Virus record (IMG/VR): IMGVR_UViG_2875292628_000003
Source of the DNA: an uncultured virus (IMG/VR IMGVR_UViG_2875292628_000003)
Lineage: Duplodnaviria; Heunggongvirae; Uroviricota; Caudoviricetes
Reading direction: 5' to 3' (one strand)
Length of the DNA: 64,000 nt
Shown piece by piece: positions 28,439 through 38,654 of the stretch; within the stretch, counting starts at the first letter, position 1; each line of letters opens with the position of its first letter. Both the position numbers and the translations under genes were made by a program. Under the pieces are notes generated by a model, which saw only the letters and a program-made list of their open reading frames with translations, was not told the DNA's origin and ran no database searches.

Positions 28439-29734
28439 TTATTTAACTAAAACGTCGTCATCAAAAATTGCGGCACGAGTTGTACCAACAACTCCATGGG
28501 CTAAATAGAGTCGTACACGCTCATATGGATAGTCTTTGTCAGGTATTAAACTGAACTCAAAAGGTTTACCCCCTAGGTCTTCAGCCGGTTGCAACCAACC
28601 GGTTGTTTCACTAGAAGCACCTTCTAAAAACTCTTGGATGTCATCACCAGCTTTTTTGATATAGTCCGGTGTAGCTTGGAACATATAAGTCCGCAGGATC
28701 TCGATACATTTATTCGTAACCCGAGCCGAAATCTCCGCGGCGGGAACTAAACGCAAAGCACTATTTTTGCTTTGGTATTGCGTAAGCACATCACTTAATA
28801 CAAATAATGTAGTTTCAAACTTAACTGGGCGAACTACATTTACTTTAGCCTTAGCCAACATTTCTTGAGTCTGTTCATCTTCAAGATCAGTATTCGGCAT
28901 CTGGCTTAAGTTTTTTGCTGTAAAGGGATAATCTTTCCAAGCTACTGCATTTTTTAACGGCGCAAAGCCTTGTTTATTTAACTTTGCATTACGTAATAAT
29001 TTATCGCCGATGTAATGGCCCAAATAATAAGCTGGTACCTTTCGACCTCTTAGCGTGACAGCATCAGATGGGCGGCAAAGGTTCGGGCTCCAAATGAATT
29101 GAACAAACTGAGATTGAGCATCTACGCTTGTCGCAAATTGAGCTGCTTGCTCAGCTGTAAAAGTTGGGTTGATTTCAGCATCCAAAGGAATACGTAATTT
29201 TGTAGCTGCACGTTGAGCCGCAACATAAATTGGTAAATCATGAGGATTTGGTAAAGTCAGATATGCTGGTGTGCTTAATTGGCTTGTCAGAATTTTATAT
29301 AGTTCATCTGGTTTAAATGACGGTAACGATTCGTCTTCCAATGCCAACGTTTTTGATGCACGACCTAAGCTATTTGATTCGTTATAAGCATTAGATTTGA
29401 GAATTGCTTGTAACGCATCAATACCTAACGATAAATCAAATCGCTCGAAATATTCTTTCGCATCAGCTACAGCGACAATAGAAGCAGAATTTTCAATGTC
29501 TCCATCTACTAATCCCTGAACAGTAACAATTTGATCACCTGTTACCGCATCACGTATTTCCAAACGCATAGAAATATCTGCAGGACCGCGTGGGCTAGTT
29601 ACTTTCGCAAAAAAGGCCACATTGATTTCTGTATTTGCAAGATAACTGTGAGTATCAAATTCCAGTTTTAGTGATGGGCTGGCCCCTGCAACAAGGGATA
29701 GCTCACCTGTACTTGATAGAGCAAGTATATTCAT
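28439..29734 (-). CDS. Contractile tail sheath protein (N-terminally short)
   Basis: LAKAKVNVV...DVLTQ...SALRL...FLE...GWL...RVRLYL sheath C-terminal pattern. Confidence 0.7.
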   Translation of the reverse strand: MNILALSSTGELSLVAGASPSLKLEFDTHSYLANTEINVAFFAKVTSPRGPADISMRLEIRDAVTGDQIVTVQGLVDGDIENSASIVAVADAKEYFERFDLSLGIDALQAILKSNAYNESNSLGRASKTLALEDESLPSFKPDELYKILTSQLSTPAYLTLPNPHDLPIYVAAQRAATKLRIPLDAEINPTFTAEQAAQFATSVDAQSQFVQFIWSPNLCRPSDAVTLRGRKVPAYYLGHYIGDKLLRNAKLNKQGFAPLKNAVAWKDYPFTAKNLSQMPNTDLEDEQTQEMLAKAKVNVVRPVKFETTLFVLSDVLTQYQSKNSALRLVPAAEISARVTNKCIEILRTYMFQATPDYIKKAGDDIQEFLEGASSETTGWLQPAEDLGGKPFEFSLIPDKDYPYERVRLYLAHGVVGTTRAAIFDDDVLVK

Positions 29735-29767
29735 TACATTACACGCCCAAGGCTATTTGTTTTAAGT

Positions 29768-29808
29768 ATTTTGAGCCGTTGGCATTTTTGATTTTCTGGC
29801 TAGTTCCA
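29768..29808 (-). promoter_or_regulatory. Late promoter box for sheath operon
   Basis: TGGAACT-N28-CAAAAT. Confidence 0.75.
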
Positions 29809-29852
29809 ATGTAAAAAAAACCACTCGAAAGTGGTTTTTCATTTCCTAAATT

Positions 29853-30152
29853 TTATAATCCGCTAGCAGGTTCTGTAGGCTCTTCTGCCTCAGTAGGTAC
29901 AATTTGAAGTACATTACCTTTCAAGCCATTAATTTGATCTAGGTTATCTAGCAATTGTTTATGAGCTTCGTCACCGATCAAAGTGAATGTGACCTTTTGA
30001 CCAGCTTGTACCAAAACTTGTGTAAATGGTTCGGTAATGTCACTTAAACCGTTATTTTGAAGTGTAATACTTCGTTCAGTAGGATGATCACCTACAGCAT
30101 CCATAATTGGGTTCGTGCCATCAATAATGAAAATAGTCATCTTGTTACTCAA
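29853..30152 (-). CDS. Small virion protein, paralogue of the C-terminus of 30145..30771
   Basis: ITLQNNG..EPFTQV.VQAG matches IKITNNG..EPLSRV.IEAG. Confidence 0.55.
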   Translation of the reverse strand: MSNKMTIFIIDGTNPIMDAVGDHPTERSITLQNNGLSDITEPFTQVLVQAGQKVTFTLIGDEAHKQLLDNLDQINGLKGNVLQIVPTEAEEPTEPASGL

Positions 30153-30771
30153 CAGTTAGATTCTTACCAAGCCCCTTCAACTGACGTAAGTTTTCCAGTA
30201 CTTGATGTTTAAATGTTTGGTTATGACACGTAATACTTGCTGTTTTACCTGCCTCAATAGCAACACGTGATAACGGTTCTAAAACTGTTGAAAATCCGTT
30301 ATTAGTAATTTTAATAACTAGCGGATCCACGCTACTCCCACCTGATACTGTTAACAAATCCGTAATGGGAGTATTAACTTTAGAAGTATCAGTTTCTTTA
30401 AGGACATGATCCGATTCATTCCCCACATCATCACCAGACTTACCACCATTAGAATCTAGATCATTTGAAGGTTTGACAGAATCATTCGATGTTTCAGTTG
30501 GATTTCCATTTTCTTGAGTATTGGACTCTTCATTATCTGAATCGCCATTTTTCAAATCAGTAGGTTTATTACCTTCATCTTGAGATGCGCCGTCTTCAGG
30601 ACCTTGGCTATTTAACAAATCACCTTGGTCTGAAGCTTTTTCATCACCAGCTTGGGTATTCTGTGTTTCTGTAGTTTTATTGGTTTTATTACGTGTGTTT
30701 TTTGGTTTAGTAGTCGCTTGTTCGTCAGTTGAAGCTAAAGTTTCGTCAGTGTTTTGTGTTGCTGCAGCCAT
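30145..30771 (-). CDS. Virion protein with long acidic disordered N-terminus
   Basis: Directly after capsid gene; low-complexity D/E/N/T/S region plus small globular domain. Confidence 0.55.
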   Translation of the reverse strand: MAAATQNTDETLASTDEQATTKPKNTRNKTNKTTETQNTQAGDEKASDQGDLLNSQGPEDGASQDEGNKPTDLKNGDSDNEESNTQENGNPTETSNDSVKPSNDLDSNGGKSGDDVGNESDHVLKETDTSKVNTPITDLLTVSGGSSVDPLVIKITNNGFSTVLEPLSRVAIEAGKTASITCHNQTFKHQVLENLRQLKGLGKNLTVE

Positions 30772-30834
30772 GAGATTTTCCTTTCAATAAATAGGGTAAA
30801 AAGGCGCATCTAAATGCGCCCTTATCTGTTTTAC

Positions 30835-32613
30835 TTACGAATTTTTGAGGGATGGCATATTGATACAGTGGATGACATAGCTTTGATCAGCATAACGTTC
30901 TAACGGGTTCATTTCGGCTGCTTGAGCACCGATTAAAGTAAGTACTGATTCACGCGCATCTGGTCGAGTTTCAATAACTGAAAGAGGCGTTTGAATAAAA
31001 CCAACGAACGGCGCACGAATTGGCTCATTACCACGACCAACTAAAAGCATATCAAACGCTGTATCTGCTTCAGCTACAAGCTCTTGTGCTGACGGTGCGT
31101 GGTAAACGTTAGTACCATCTGCAAGAGTACCAATACGGACAATTTGACCGTAACCAGCAGTGTATCCGGTTTTAACTGGCATCTTGTCGCTTGACAGTTG
31201 ATTAAAGAATACTGACCCAGTATCGCCAACATATAAGTCAAATGCTACGGTAGAGCCACCAGTACGTTGGTTAATATCCAATTTGGCCGCTGCAATAAAT
31301 TTATTTACTTCCGCAAACAAGTCACCTGAAGTATTAAATGCAGCTGCTAATTTTCCAGTCACACCACGAGAAGCATCAAAAGTAACTTCACGAGCGGAGT
31401 ATTCAGCTAAATCTTTTGCTTCACCTAATAAACGTACAGTTTGTTCTAAGAAGATTTTACCTTGCACAATTGCTAAAGCCTGACCCAGAAAACCAAGCTT
31501 AAGTTCGTTAGTTAGCTGAGATTGTAATAGTGTTGAAGCTGTTACCCGTGCCATGATAGGTGACGCAATCAATGTTTCATATTCAGGTTCGAAATCAACA
31601 CCTACTGGGGTTAATAGATAGTTATCATTACCATCACGCGCATCAAAATCCGCCACAAGATGAACTTCAATTTTCGCACCAGCTGGTAATGCTTCATTTA
31701 ATGTCACGCTAATTTTGCTAGCTGAAATATCAATTTCGCTACCAACAACACGATATTCAACGCCGTTTACTACTACGTCTTTCTCAGCAATAGCAGAAAT
31801 CTTGCCTGAAAATTTTGATTTACTGCGATTTCGAGTATGCGCAACTTCTTTACCATTGATCTTGATAGATACATTACCCGCAATAAATGGCAATAAACTC
31901 GCTTTGGCGTCAGGTGTTTTAGCCTTGAAGTCTTCATAACCAGTTCGTGCAGTCACAGTATAAGTTGTACCTGCGCCACCATTAGACAATGCAAAACGGA
32001 ATCGTCCTTCAACATAAGGCTTAGAAGCATTTGCACCATCTAAGTATTCTGATTTCTTCATTGCACCAAAATCACGGTTGGTGATAAAGCGAATAGATAC
32101 AATCGGTACTTCATTTGAGCCATTTGAGTTGGGAATCATAGCAACGATAGGTGTTGCATAAGCGATAACGTTGGCGATAGTAGCAACTGTAATTGCTGGA
32201 ACGATGCTTACAGATTCATGATGCTGGTGATTTACATCATCAAAACCAGATTCATTAATACTATCGTAATAGCTAAGGGTTTCGGCAGGCAAAGCAGCTG
32301 CTTGTTTCGCACCACTTAAACCAGCAGTTAATGCAGCTGCAATGATTGAAGGATGCGGTAATTCACCGCCATGACGTGATTGATATTGTGATACCCCAAA
32401 CATCACAGCTTTATCAACTTCTGGCGCATATTCGATGCCAATTGAATCAAAAATTGCTTTTAATACTTCTGGATACTCTTCTGCCGCTGTTTGAGCACTG
32501 TCAAACCCATTTTCAAGCTCTTCAGGACTTTTGAAATAGTAATTTCGGCACTGAACAGTAGCTAGTTGTTGAGCATCATACTTTTTACGAATTTCTTCTG
32601 TTAACACAGTCAT
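30835..32613 (-). CDS. Major capsid protein (P1 gp23-like)
   Basis: 592 aa; Y...HGGELPHP N-region; own late promoter and downstream hairpin 30797-30825. Confidence 0.7.
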   Translation of the reverse strand: MTVLTEEIRKKYDAQQLATVQCRNYYFKSPEELENGFDSAQTAAEEYPEVLKAIFDSIGIEYAPEVDKAVMFGVSQYQSRHGGELPHPSIIAAALTAGLSGAKQAAALPAETLSYYDSINESGFDDVNHQHHESVSIVPAITVATIANVIAYATPIVAMIPNSNGSNEVPIVSIRFITNRDFGAMKKSEYLDGANASKPYVEGRFRFALSNGGAGTTYTVTARTGYEDFKAKTPDAKASLLPFIAGNVSIKINGKEVAHTRNRSKSKFSGKISAIAEKDVVVNGVEYRVVGSEIDISASKISVTLNEALPAGAKIEVHLVADFDARDGNDNYLLTPVGVDFEPEYETLIASPIMARVTASTLLQSQLTNELKLGFLGQALAIVQGKIFLEQTVRLLGEAKDLAEYSAREVTFDASRGVTGKLAAAFNTSGDLFAEVNKFIAAAKLDINQRTGGSTVAFDLYVGDTGSVFFNQLSSDKMPVKTGYTAGYGQIVRIGTLADGTNVYHAPSAQELVAEADTAFDMLLVGRGNEPIRAPFVGFIQTPLSVIETRPDARESVLTLIGAQAAEMNPLERYADQSYVIHCINMPSLKNS

Positions 32614-32651
32614 TTTAAACCAGCCTTTGGCTTTCTATGTAAGATGCAGAA

Positions 32652-32692
32652 AGTCTGACATGACGTATTTTTACTAAAGCTGGTCGGTTCCA
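32652..32692 (-). promoter_or_regulatory. Late promoter box for capsid operon
   Basis: TGGAACC-N28-CAGACT; hairpin 32629-32655. Confidence 0.75.
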
Positions 32693-32767
32693 AACATAAA
32701 AAAGTCCCCAGAATTGAGGACAAAGAAAATGTAGCTAAAGGACCATCTCAGCCCTTTATTTATATAG

Positions 32768-33070
32768 CTATCCGCTTACACCACTTGAAACATAAATCTC
32801 CACATTATCACCTGCTTTCACTTTATAACGGAGCTTATCCCAGCAATGCTGTCTAAACGGTTCAGTATCAGGCGCAGCAGCTGTTAATGTAAGAATAGAC
32901 ACCCAGTGAGAATCGTTTTGCGGATCTGCATATGGAATATTGCTTCCGAAAAACTCTACTTCTGCCCCGTTCCCGATTACCTGGTAATTGAATATTGCAG
33001 AAGTACATTGTTCAGCTATTTCAATGTCGCCTGTCTTTTTACCTTTTTCATTGAAAATTAAATAGCTCAT
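32768..33070 (-). CDS. Hypothetical virion protein
   Basis: Last gene of tail-fibre operon; beta-rich. Confidence 0.5.
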   Translation of the reverse strand: MSYLIFNEKGKKTGDIEIAEQCTSAIFNYQVIGNGAEVEFFGSNIPYADPQNDSHWVSILTLTAAAPDTEPFRQHCWDKLRYKVKAGDNVEIYVSSGVSG

Positions 33071-33615
33071 TTAGTTTCTCCATCACCTATAGGTGAAATA
33101 AACAAATCATCTCTACGGTTTAAAACATACTTACTGCCAAAATCTGCCATGAGGCTAAAACCAGTAATATTTACAATCTCAAACCACAACATTAGATTTT
33201 CATAAATCATTAAACCTAAAAGATCACCTTCTTTAAGAATCAAGTCAGGGATGTTGATTATCCTTTCCAAAACATCATCTAATTCTTCATTGAATGGCTC
33301 TACTTGAGCGGTTAGCACCAAGTCAGATGGGTTATTCATTGAGAAGTTCTTTTGAATATAACCACCATTAAATTTATCGAAATGAACATAAGCAGCGCCC
33401 TTATATTCATACTTGTAGTTGGGTTCGTCTTGAATCGATAAAGTGTTCGCTTCAAAAGAAAGAGGATCTAAAGGTTTTGAATCTTCAGCCGGATTATTGA
33501 AAATGACTTCTTTTCGCCAAATTTGCGCGGGAATACTTGCTAGAGCATTCATCACAACACGTCTAGCTGCTAAACGGCGTCCATTTGCAACTTGATTTAC
33601 TGATCTATTTAGCAT
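33067..33615 (-). CDS. Putative head-tail joining/closure protein
   Basis: LKEGDL...WFEIVN...KYVLNRRD pattern; operon context. Confidence 0.4.
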   Translation of the reverse strand: MLNRSVNQVANGRRLAARRVVMNALASIPAQIWRKEVIFNNPAEDSKPLDPLSFEANTLSIQDEPNYKYEYKGAAYVHFDKFNGGYIQKNFSMNNPSDLVLTAQVEPFNEELDDVLERIINIPDLILKEGDLLGLMIYENLMLWFEIVNITGFSLMADFGSKYVLNRRDDLFISPIGDGETK

Positions 33616-34735
33616 TTCGACTTAAACCCTTCATAAAGACATTTAACATGTCATTGTCGATTGCGCCTGATTTATGTAAGGCTTGAATTCTTTCAATTTG
33701 ACTCGCTCTAACAGTTTCCACTTCAAAACGTTTGAGGGTTTTTAATTCGCGTTCTAAGAGCTTTTTGGCAACTTTATCAGCTCTACGCATCATTTCTTTT
33801 TCTGCTTTTTGGATATTGGCTTTGATCGGCTTAACAGAACCATTCATCAAATCCTTTACTTGCTCGTTTATTGAATTCTGTATTTGCTTATCTGTTTGCT
33901 TATACCGTGCACCTACTTGTTTCTTACGGTCTTTCTCTACTTCCTTTTTAAGGTAGGCAATCCCGGATGGTGAACTAATCCACTTAACAACGCGCAATAC
34001 ATGTTTACAAGCCACACCGGATAAATGCGGGTTACGTATTTTCGGAAAGCCGCCCTCATCACGTCCTAAATTATAGCCGCCAATAGTTGCCATATAGCGG
34101 TACCAGAACGTATGACGTTCGCAATCACACTGAAATTTGATTTTGCCTTTAGCCAAGCGGTTTTTGACGGTGTTTAATGCCTGTTTATCGATATCAAAAA
34201 CAACAGATTTAAAGTTAGAAAACTCAATCTCAACGTGATGATTTAAAACTTTACTATTTGGTCCGGCATTAGTAAGCAAGTGAACTAAACCAGCTTTTCT
34301 GCTTACTGGAACCGCCAAATAGATTTGCTCATTTGCCCGGTCAATATCGTCTTGTCGGCTTAAATTAATGATGTTTTGAGGGGTAATACCCTTACTATAC
34401 TGATCTTTTAATAGTTGAATGTTTTCCTGAAATGCCAAGATATCATCACGGGTAATACGCCGTGGTACTTCTCCATTTCGCTGACCTAATGTTGTAAAAA
34501 GTACCCTTTCGACATCATATTTTTCCCCTTGGGCAATATCTTGTGGTCGCAAGAACATAGGTTTAGGGATCTTTCGTCCCCAATCATCATATTCAATTTC
34601 TTTTTCTGCAAATGCCCGCTGTTCTCTATCTGCACGCTGGCGGCTCTGTTGATCTCTACGAACTCCACCATTTTGCAAAGACTGGTTTAATTGCAGCTGG
34701 GCACGGCGTAAATCATCTGGCTTGAATGCTGACAT
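33605..34735 (-). CDS. SWIM-type zinc-finger phage protein
   Basis: CDCERH...RNP...ACKH. Confidence 0.6.
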   Translation of the reverse strand: MSAFKPDDLRRAQLQLNQSLQNGGVRRDQQSRQRADREQRAFAEKEIEYDDWGRKIPKPMFLRPQDIAQGEKYDVERVLFTTLGQRNGEVPRRITRDDILAFQENIQLLKDQYSKGITPQNIINLSRQDDIDRANEQIYLAVPVSRKAGLVHLLTNAGPNSKVLNHHVEIEFSNFKSVVFDIDKQALNTVKNRLAKGKIKFQCDCERHTFWYRYMATIGGYNLGRDEGGFPKIRNPHLSGVACKHVLRVVKWISSPSGIAYLKKEVEKDRKKQVGARYKQTDKQIQNSINEQVKDLMNGSVKPIKANIQKAEKEMMRRADKVAKKLLERELKTLKRFEVETVRASQIERIQALHKSGAIDNDMLNVFMKGLSRNAK

Positions 34736-34736
34736 A

Positions 34737-35015
34737 TTAATTATCCTGCAAGTATTCTTTTTGAAGTCTTAAAAGATCAACAAGCCTTGGAAATGCTACC
34801 TTTTGTAGAGGTAACTTTTCCCAAACGCCATTCGCTTCACAAGCCACAAGTACTGCGTCAATATGATTTCTTGAACCATATAATTTCAAACTCAACAATG
34901 ATGGATCTAGCGATTCATCCTCTTTAATCTCCCATACAATTAAATTCTGAATATTATTTTGTTGAAGATTCCGGTGAATTAAGTCTCTAATAGCATTTCG
35001 ATAATCATTTCTCAT
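34737..35015 (-). CDS. LysM/tail-X-like baseplate protein
   Basis: DPSLLSLKLYG...VLVAC...LPLQKVAFP. Confidence 0.5.
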   Translation of the reverse strand: MRNDYRNAIRDLIHRNLQQNNIQNLIVWEIKEDESLDPSLLSLKLYGSRNHIDAVLVACEANGVWEKLPLQKVAFPRLVDLLRLQKEYLQDN

Positions 35016-35029
35016 ACTGTTTCACCTAT

Positions 35030-36568
35030 TTAAGCTTTAACAGTACTTACACGAGCAAAACCACCAATACCTGCTTTACCAGTATTACCATTACTTTCGG
35101 TTGCAAGACCAGGTTCACCAACAATGAGTGTCATATATTGAATTTTTTCACTGATATTAGAATATCTACAAACCAATAATCCGCCACTAGCACCGCCACC
35201 ACCTAAACCCCAACCAAGATCACCGACTCCATTTGCGCCATCTCCACCTGCACCCCAATTACCCTCAGGACTTACTGAAGAACCGCCTACATGATTAGTT
35301 TGATTTGCAGCTATACCTGCATTACCAAGTTTTCTAGAAATCTCAGTTAAGTTTGAATTTATAGTGATTGCCGTAGGTAACCCACCAGCACCATTTGAAA
35401 AATAACTACCGTTAGACCATTGCCCACTAGTACCACCTTTACCACCCCCCACTAATGCTAAATCAAGTTCATTTAAACGTAAGCGAGTATCACCACCATC
35501 TGTACCATGGGCCATTCTTCCAGCTTCCCAAATACTGCCACCGCCGCCGCCACCAGCACCTACTAAAATGAATTCTTTTTGCTCTTTTGGTTGGATTGGA
35601 ATGATATACACACCAGGTACTGTGTAATCGCCATTACCATCATTAAGTGTTTCTGCAGCAACTTGAATTACAGACCAACTTACAATTCCAGAATACCCAA
35701 TTCGGTTTTGCCCAGAACGATTCCAAACTTCATAATCAAATGACTTTTCAGAACGCGTTATTGTCCACGCTTCATGCGTGCTTTCAGGTGTTAAATGGAT
35801 AGCATATTTTGAGTCACGTAAGTCAGTTACCTTTCCACCCAAATCAATAGTAGCTTTAGACCCAATGTTTACCCCTGCTCCCAATAATTTCGGATATTGA
35901 GAATCTAAATATTTTTTTAAATCCGTTAGCTGCTGACCTAAATTTTGGGATGAAGTATCTAATCCATTAATTTGGCGCTGTAAATCATCATCTTTTTCTT
36001 TTACGTCTTTTCTAAAAGCATATTGTGAATGTGGATCATTATGATTTAAGTGTTCTTTGATTATTTTCTGTATTAACGCCCCGTATTGCGGGTGTGGATC
36101 CTCATCTGCACTATGCTGGTTCATCAACATCACTGCAATTGGAGTATTTGGATCAATTTTTATAGTTACATTTTTTAAATTAACGTCAGTTAAAACAAAT
36201 CCAAAAGTAACGATAGCAACCACGTTTGCATGCAGTGACATGATTGATTGAACTTCTGTAGTTGACGCTACTGCAAGTAAAGTGCCGTCTGATAGGTAAA
36301 TACCCATCTCAAACACTTCCATTGTTAAAGTGGGCTCAATACTCATTACAAAACGCAAAGTACCCGTTTCTGTATCTACACCACCACCGTTAAGAGAAAA
36401 TCTAGCTAATTCATTTTTAAGAGAAGTTAGGTTTTTCGCTTCCACTGATGCATCAAATTTGCCGGTACCAACAGCAAGATGGGTAAGCTCCCCCCCAAAG
36501 CTAGCAACATCGCTCACTTTATTTAATGCATTCCGACCTGCGTCAGTTAAAAAGAAGTTAATAGCCAT
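35030..36568 (-). CDS. Side tail fibre protein
   Basis: LTDAGRNA...LAVGTG...EMGIYLSDGTLLAV anchor; H..DPHPQY repeats; Gly-rich C-terminal domain. Confidence 0.8.
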   Translation of the reverse strand: MAINFFLTDAGRNALNKVSDVASFGGELTHLAVGTGKFDASVEAKNLTSLKNELARFSLNGGGVDTETGTLRFVMSIEPTLTMEVFEMGIYLSDGTLLAVASTTEVQSIMSLHANVVAIVTFGFVLTDVNLKNVTIKIDPNTPIAVMLMNQHSADEDPHPQYGALIQKIIKEHLNHNDPHSQYAFRKDVKEKDDDLQRQINGLDTSSQNLGQQLTDLKKYLDSQYPKLLGAGVNIGSKATIDLGGKVTDLRDSKYAIHLTPESTHEAWTITRSEKSFDYEVWNRSGQNRIGYSGIVSWSVIQVAAETLNDGNGDYTVPGVYIIPIQPKEQKEFILVGAGGGGGGSIWEAGRMAHGTDGGDTRLRLNELDLALVGGGKGGTSGQWSNGSYFSNGAGGLPTAITINSNLTEISRKLGNAGIAANQTNHVGGSSVSPEGNWGAGGDGANGVGDLGWGLGGGGASGGLLVCRYSNISEKIQYMTLIVGEPGLATESNGNTGKAGIGGFARVSTVKA

Positions 36569-36597
36569 AACCACCCACCCATATGATTTATTGATCT

Positions 36598-36638
36598 ATG
36601 GTAGTTATGAAGAATAGGTATTTAAGTGGGCAGTTCCA
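36598..36638 (-). promoter_or_regulatory. Late promoter box for fibre operon
   Basis: TGGAACT-N28-TACCAT; hairpin 36579-36601. Confidence 0.75.
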
Positions 36639-36643
36639 TATAA

Positions 36644-38635
36644 CTAATCATTTTCTTTTTCAGCTGCTTCTCTTAAAGCACTGAATCTTGATTTACGTTC
36701 AGCTTGTTCACGGCCTTCCGGTGTATCGTCAGTGACATTTACAGTTTCGTAAGCTTCAGTGTAGTGAACGTTTTCTAAGAATAAGAAAGCAAAAGCATCA
36801 CCAATATCCGGTGATTTAATTCCCATACGTTTCATTTCGTCTTTGCTCAAGATTTTATAACGAGCAAAGTCATCGAACCGGTATGGAACGTGGATTAGTT
36901 GGTCTTTAATTTTAACATTGTGTTTCTTCGTTTTTATTTTAAAACGTCCATTTGCGATTGCTCGAGCTAAGCCCACATAAGCTAATGAACGTTTATTCGT
37001 AAACTCTTTTCTATTGTCATTACTAAAACATTGTGAGCCCCAATAAACAGGAACGTAGAAAATACCTTGCTTTTTAAGATACTGGCCTAAACCTTTACCT
37101 GCCCCGTTGTCATCTACAACCAAGTTAGCATTTGGGTACTGTAAAAGTAGCTCATTAATCTTTGCAAATAGTTCTAAGATATCATCTCTGTTTTTGCATA
37201 ATGGAATATCTACAACTTCTACACGGCGTGCACGCTCCCCCCATTGCGATTCGCCCCAAACTTTAGATACAACAATTACTGAATCGTCACGACCAACACC
37301 ACCACCAACGTCAACCGTAATGACATAACCGAATTGATGGTCATCAAAAATACTCGCGCCAACATACATTTCTTCTGTTTGACGTTTGGTAATTAAGAAC
37401 TCATCCGATAAGTCTGGGAATTCACCTAGAACACGGATCTTGTACTGAGCGTCTTCACGGCTTCCATACTTTTGCCGTTGTTCTTCTAAAGATTGCTTAC
37501 TAACTAATGGTGACTCTTCCCCGTTAAATGTGAGAGCAATCCAAACACCACCAGCTCGATGACTTAACTTGTGATGAGTCTCATAGAACATACCCGCATT
37601 ACGGGTAGGTTGCGACGTCATTACGGCACGGTTGTCTTCGTGAGTTAATGCACCAAACGCTACATCCAGTACAGCATCATCTACACCGCTGGCCTCATCG
37701 ACCCAGACCATGTAGTTATCGCCGTGGTTACCAGCCAAGTTTGTAGGTTGATGTTTTGGTGCTGTCTTAGCAAAGACATACCATTTTTCTTTGTAGCCTT
37801 TAATGTAAACGAGTTCAGACTGGTACCCGACATAATCAGCAAGCCAAGCCAAAGGCCCTTGCTTCAATCGTGCTAGATTGATACTGATTTCTTTCCAGAC
37901 TTGTTTCTTTAACTGCCCGATCTGGGGGGCAGTAAACATCATGATTGATTCATCAAAAAACAAGAGATGCCATAAGGCAACAATACCGGCACTGGCCGTT
38001 TTACCAGTGTTATGTAGTACTAAGTCATCTTCACCTAAGAAAAATGGATCTGGATCGAGTACAAAACCGTAATATTTACCTTCACCCAGCTCGGCAACGG
38101 ATGTGATTTTTAAAGGCTCATGATCCCCATCAACAAGCCTATATGATGCAAACTGTTCTCTATTTTTTGGCTTTAGGTTCATGTATTGAGAAACAAGTAA
38201 TTCAATCTTGTCGCCCTTTGACCAGCCGTTACCATCGTATAAAGAGATTAAGCAAAGGATATGCGATTTATTGAATGTATGAGCTTTGCCATTCTCATAT
38301 TCAAACCGGTACATATCCTGATAACCAGTTACTGTTTTAATTACATCTAGTTCAGTCTTACCATCTGCAGCAAGGATCTTGTGATTTAGGTTAATGCGCT
38401 CAACTGGGATAAATTCCCCATTGGCTAATTTGATTAAAGTCCCTTTTCCAAAACAACCGTGACCTGAAGCTACGGATGTACGACTACCATCAAATGCAAT
38501 AGATTCAAATAGTAATTCTTGTTGCCATGTGGGTTCGACACCTAATGCTTCTACGGCGAAAGCATAGATGTCGTATCGATAACGCTCACAAAGTTCCCAC
38601 CATTCGGGAATTTCTTTTAATGGTGCCAAAGCCAT
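36644..38635 (-). CDS. Terminase large subunit (PacB-like) with intein
   Basis: SGHG/TGKT Walker A split by intein; VDEASG Walker B; VDVGG and SPDIGDA nuclease motifs. Confidence 0.9.
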   Translation of the reverse strand: MALAPLKEIPEWWELCERYRYDIYAFAVEALGVEPTWQQELLFESIAFDGSRTSVASGHGCFGKGTLIKLANGEFIPVERINLNHKILAADGKTELDVIKTVTGYQDMYRFEYENGKAHTFNKSHILCLISLYDGNGWSKGDKIELLVSQYMNLKPKNREQFASYRLVDGDHEPLKITSVAELGEGKYYGFVLDPDPFFLGEDDLVLHNTGKTASAGIVALWHLLFFDESIMMFTAPQIGQLKKQVWKEISINLARLKQGPLAWLADYVGYQSELVYIKGYKEKWYVFAKTAPKHQPTNLAGNHGDNYMVWVDEASGVDDAVLDVAFGALTHEDNRAVMTSQPTRNAGMFYETHHKLSHRAGGVWIALTFNGEESPLVSKQSLEEQRQKYGSREDAQYKIRVLGEFPDLSDEFLITKRQTEEMYVGASIFDDHQFGYVITVDVGGGVGRDDSVIVVSKVWGESQWGERARRVEVVDIPLCKNRDDILELFAKINELLLQYPNANLVVDDNGAGKGLGQYLKKQGIFYVPVYWGSQCFSNDNRKEFTNKRSLAYVGLARAIANGRFKIKTKKHNVKIKDQLIHVPYRFDDFARYKILSKDEMKRMGIKSPDIGDAFAFLFLENVHYTEAYETVNVTDDTPEGREQAERKSRFSALREAAEKEND
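38009..38455 (-). mobile_element. Mini-intein (149 aa, Cys61-Asn209) in terminase P-loop
   Basis: Starts CFGKGT, block-B-like TFNKSH, ends VLHN followed by Thr; no room for an endonuclease. Confidence 0.9.
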
Positions 38636-38654
38636 ACCGTAAAAACACCATTAA

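Noticed and set aside
12342..36568. Diversity-generating retroelement or Cin/Gin-type invertible fibre cassette
   Set aside because: No reverse transcriptase, invertase, or inverted alternative fibre ends recognised; fibre repeats are diverged at protein level
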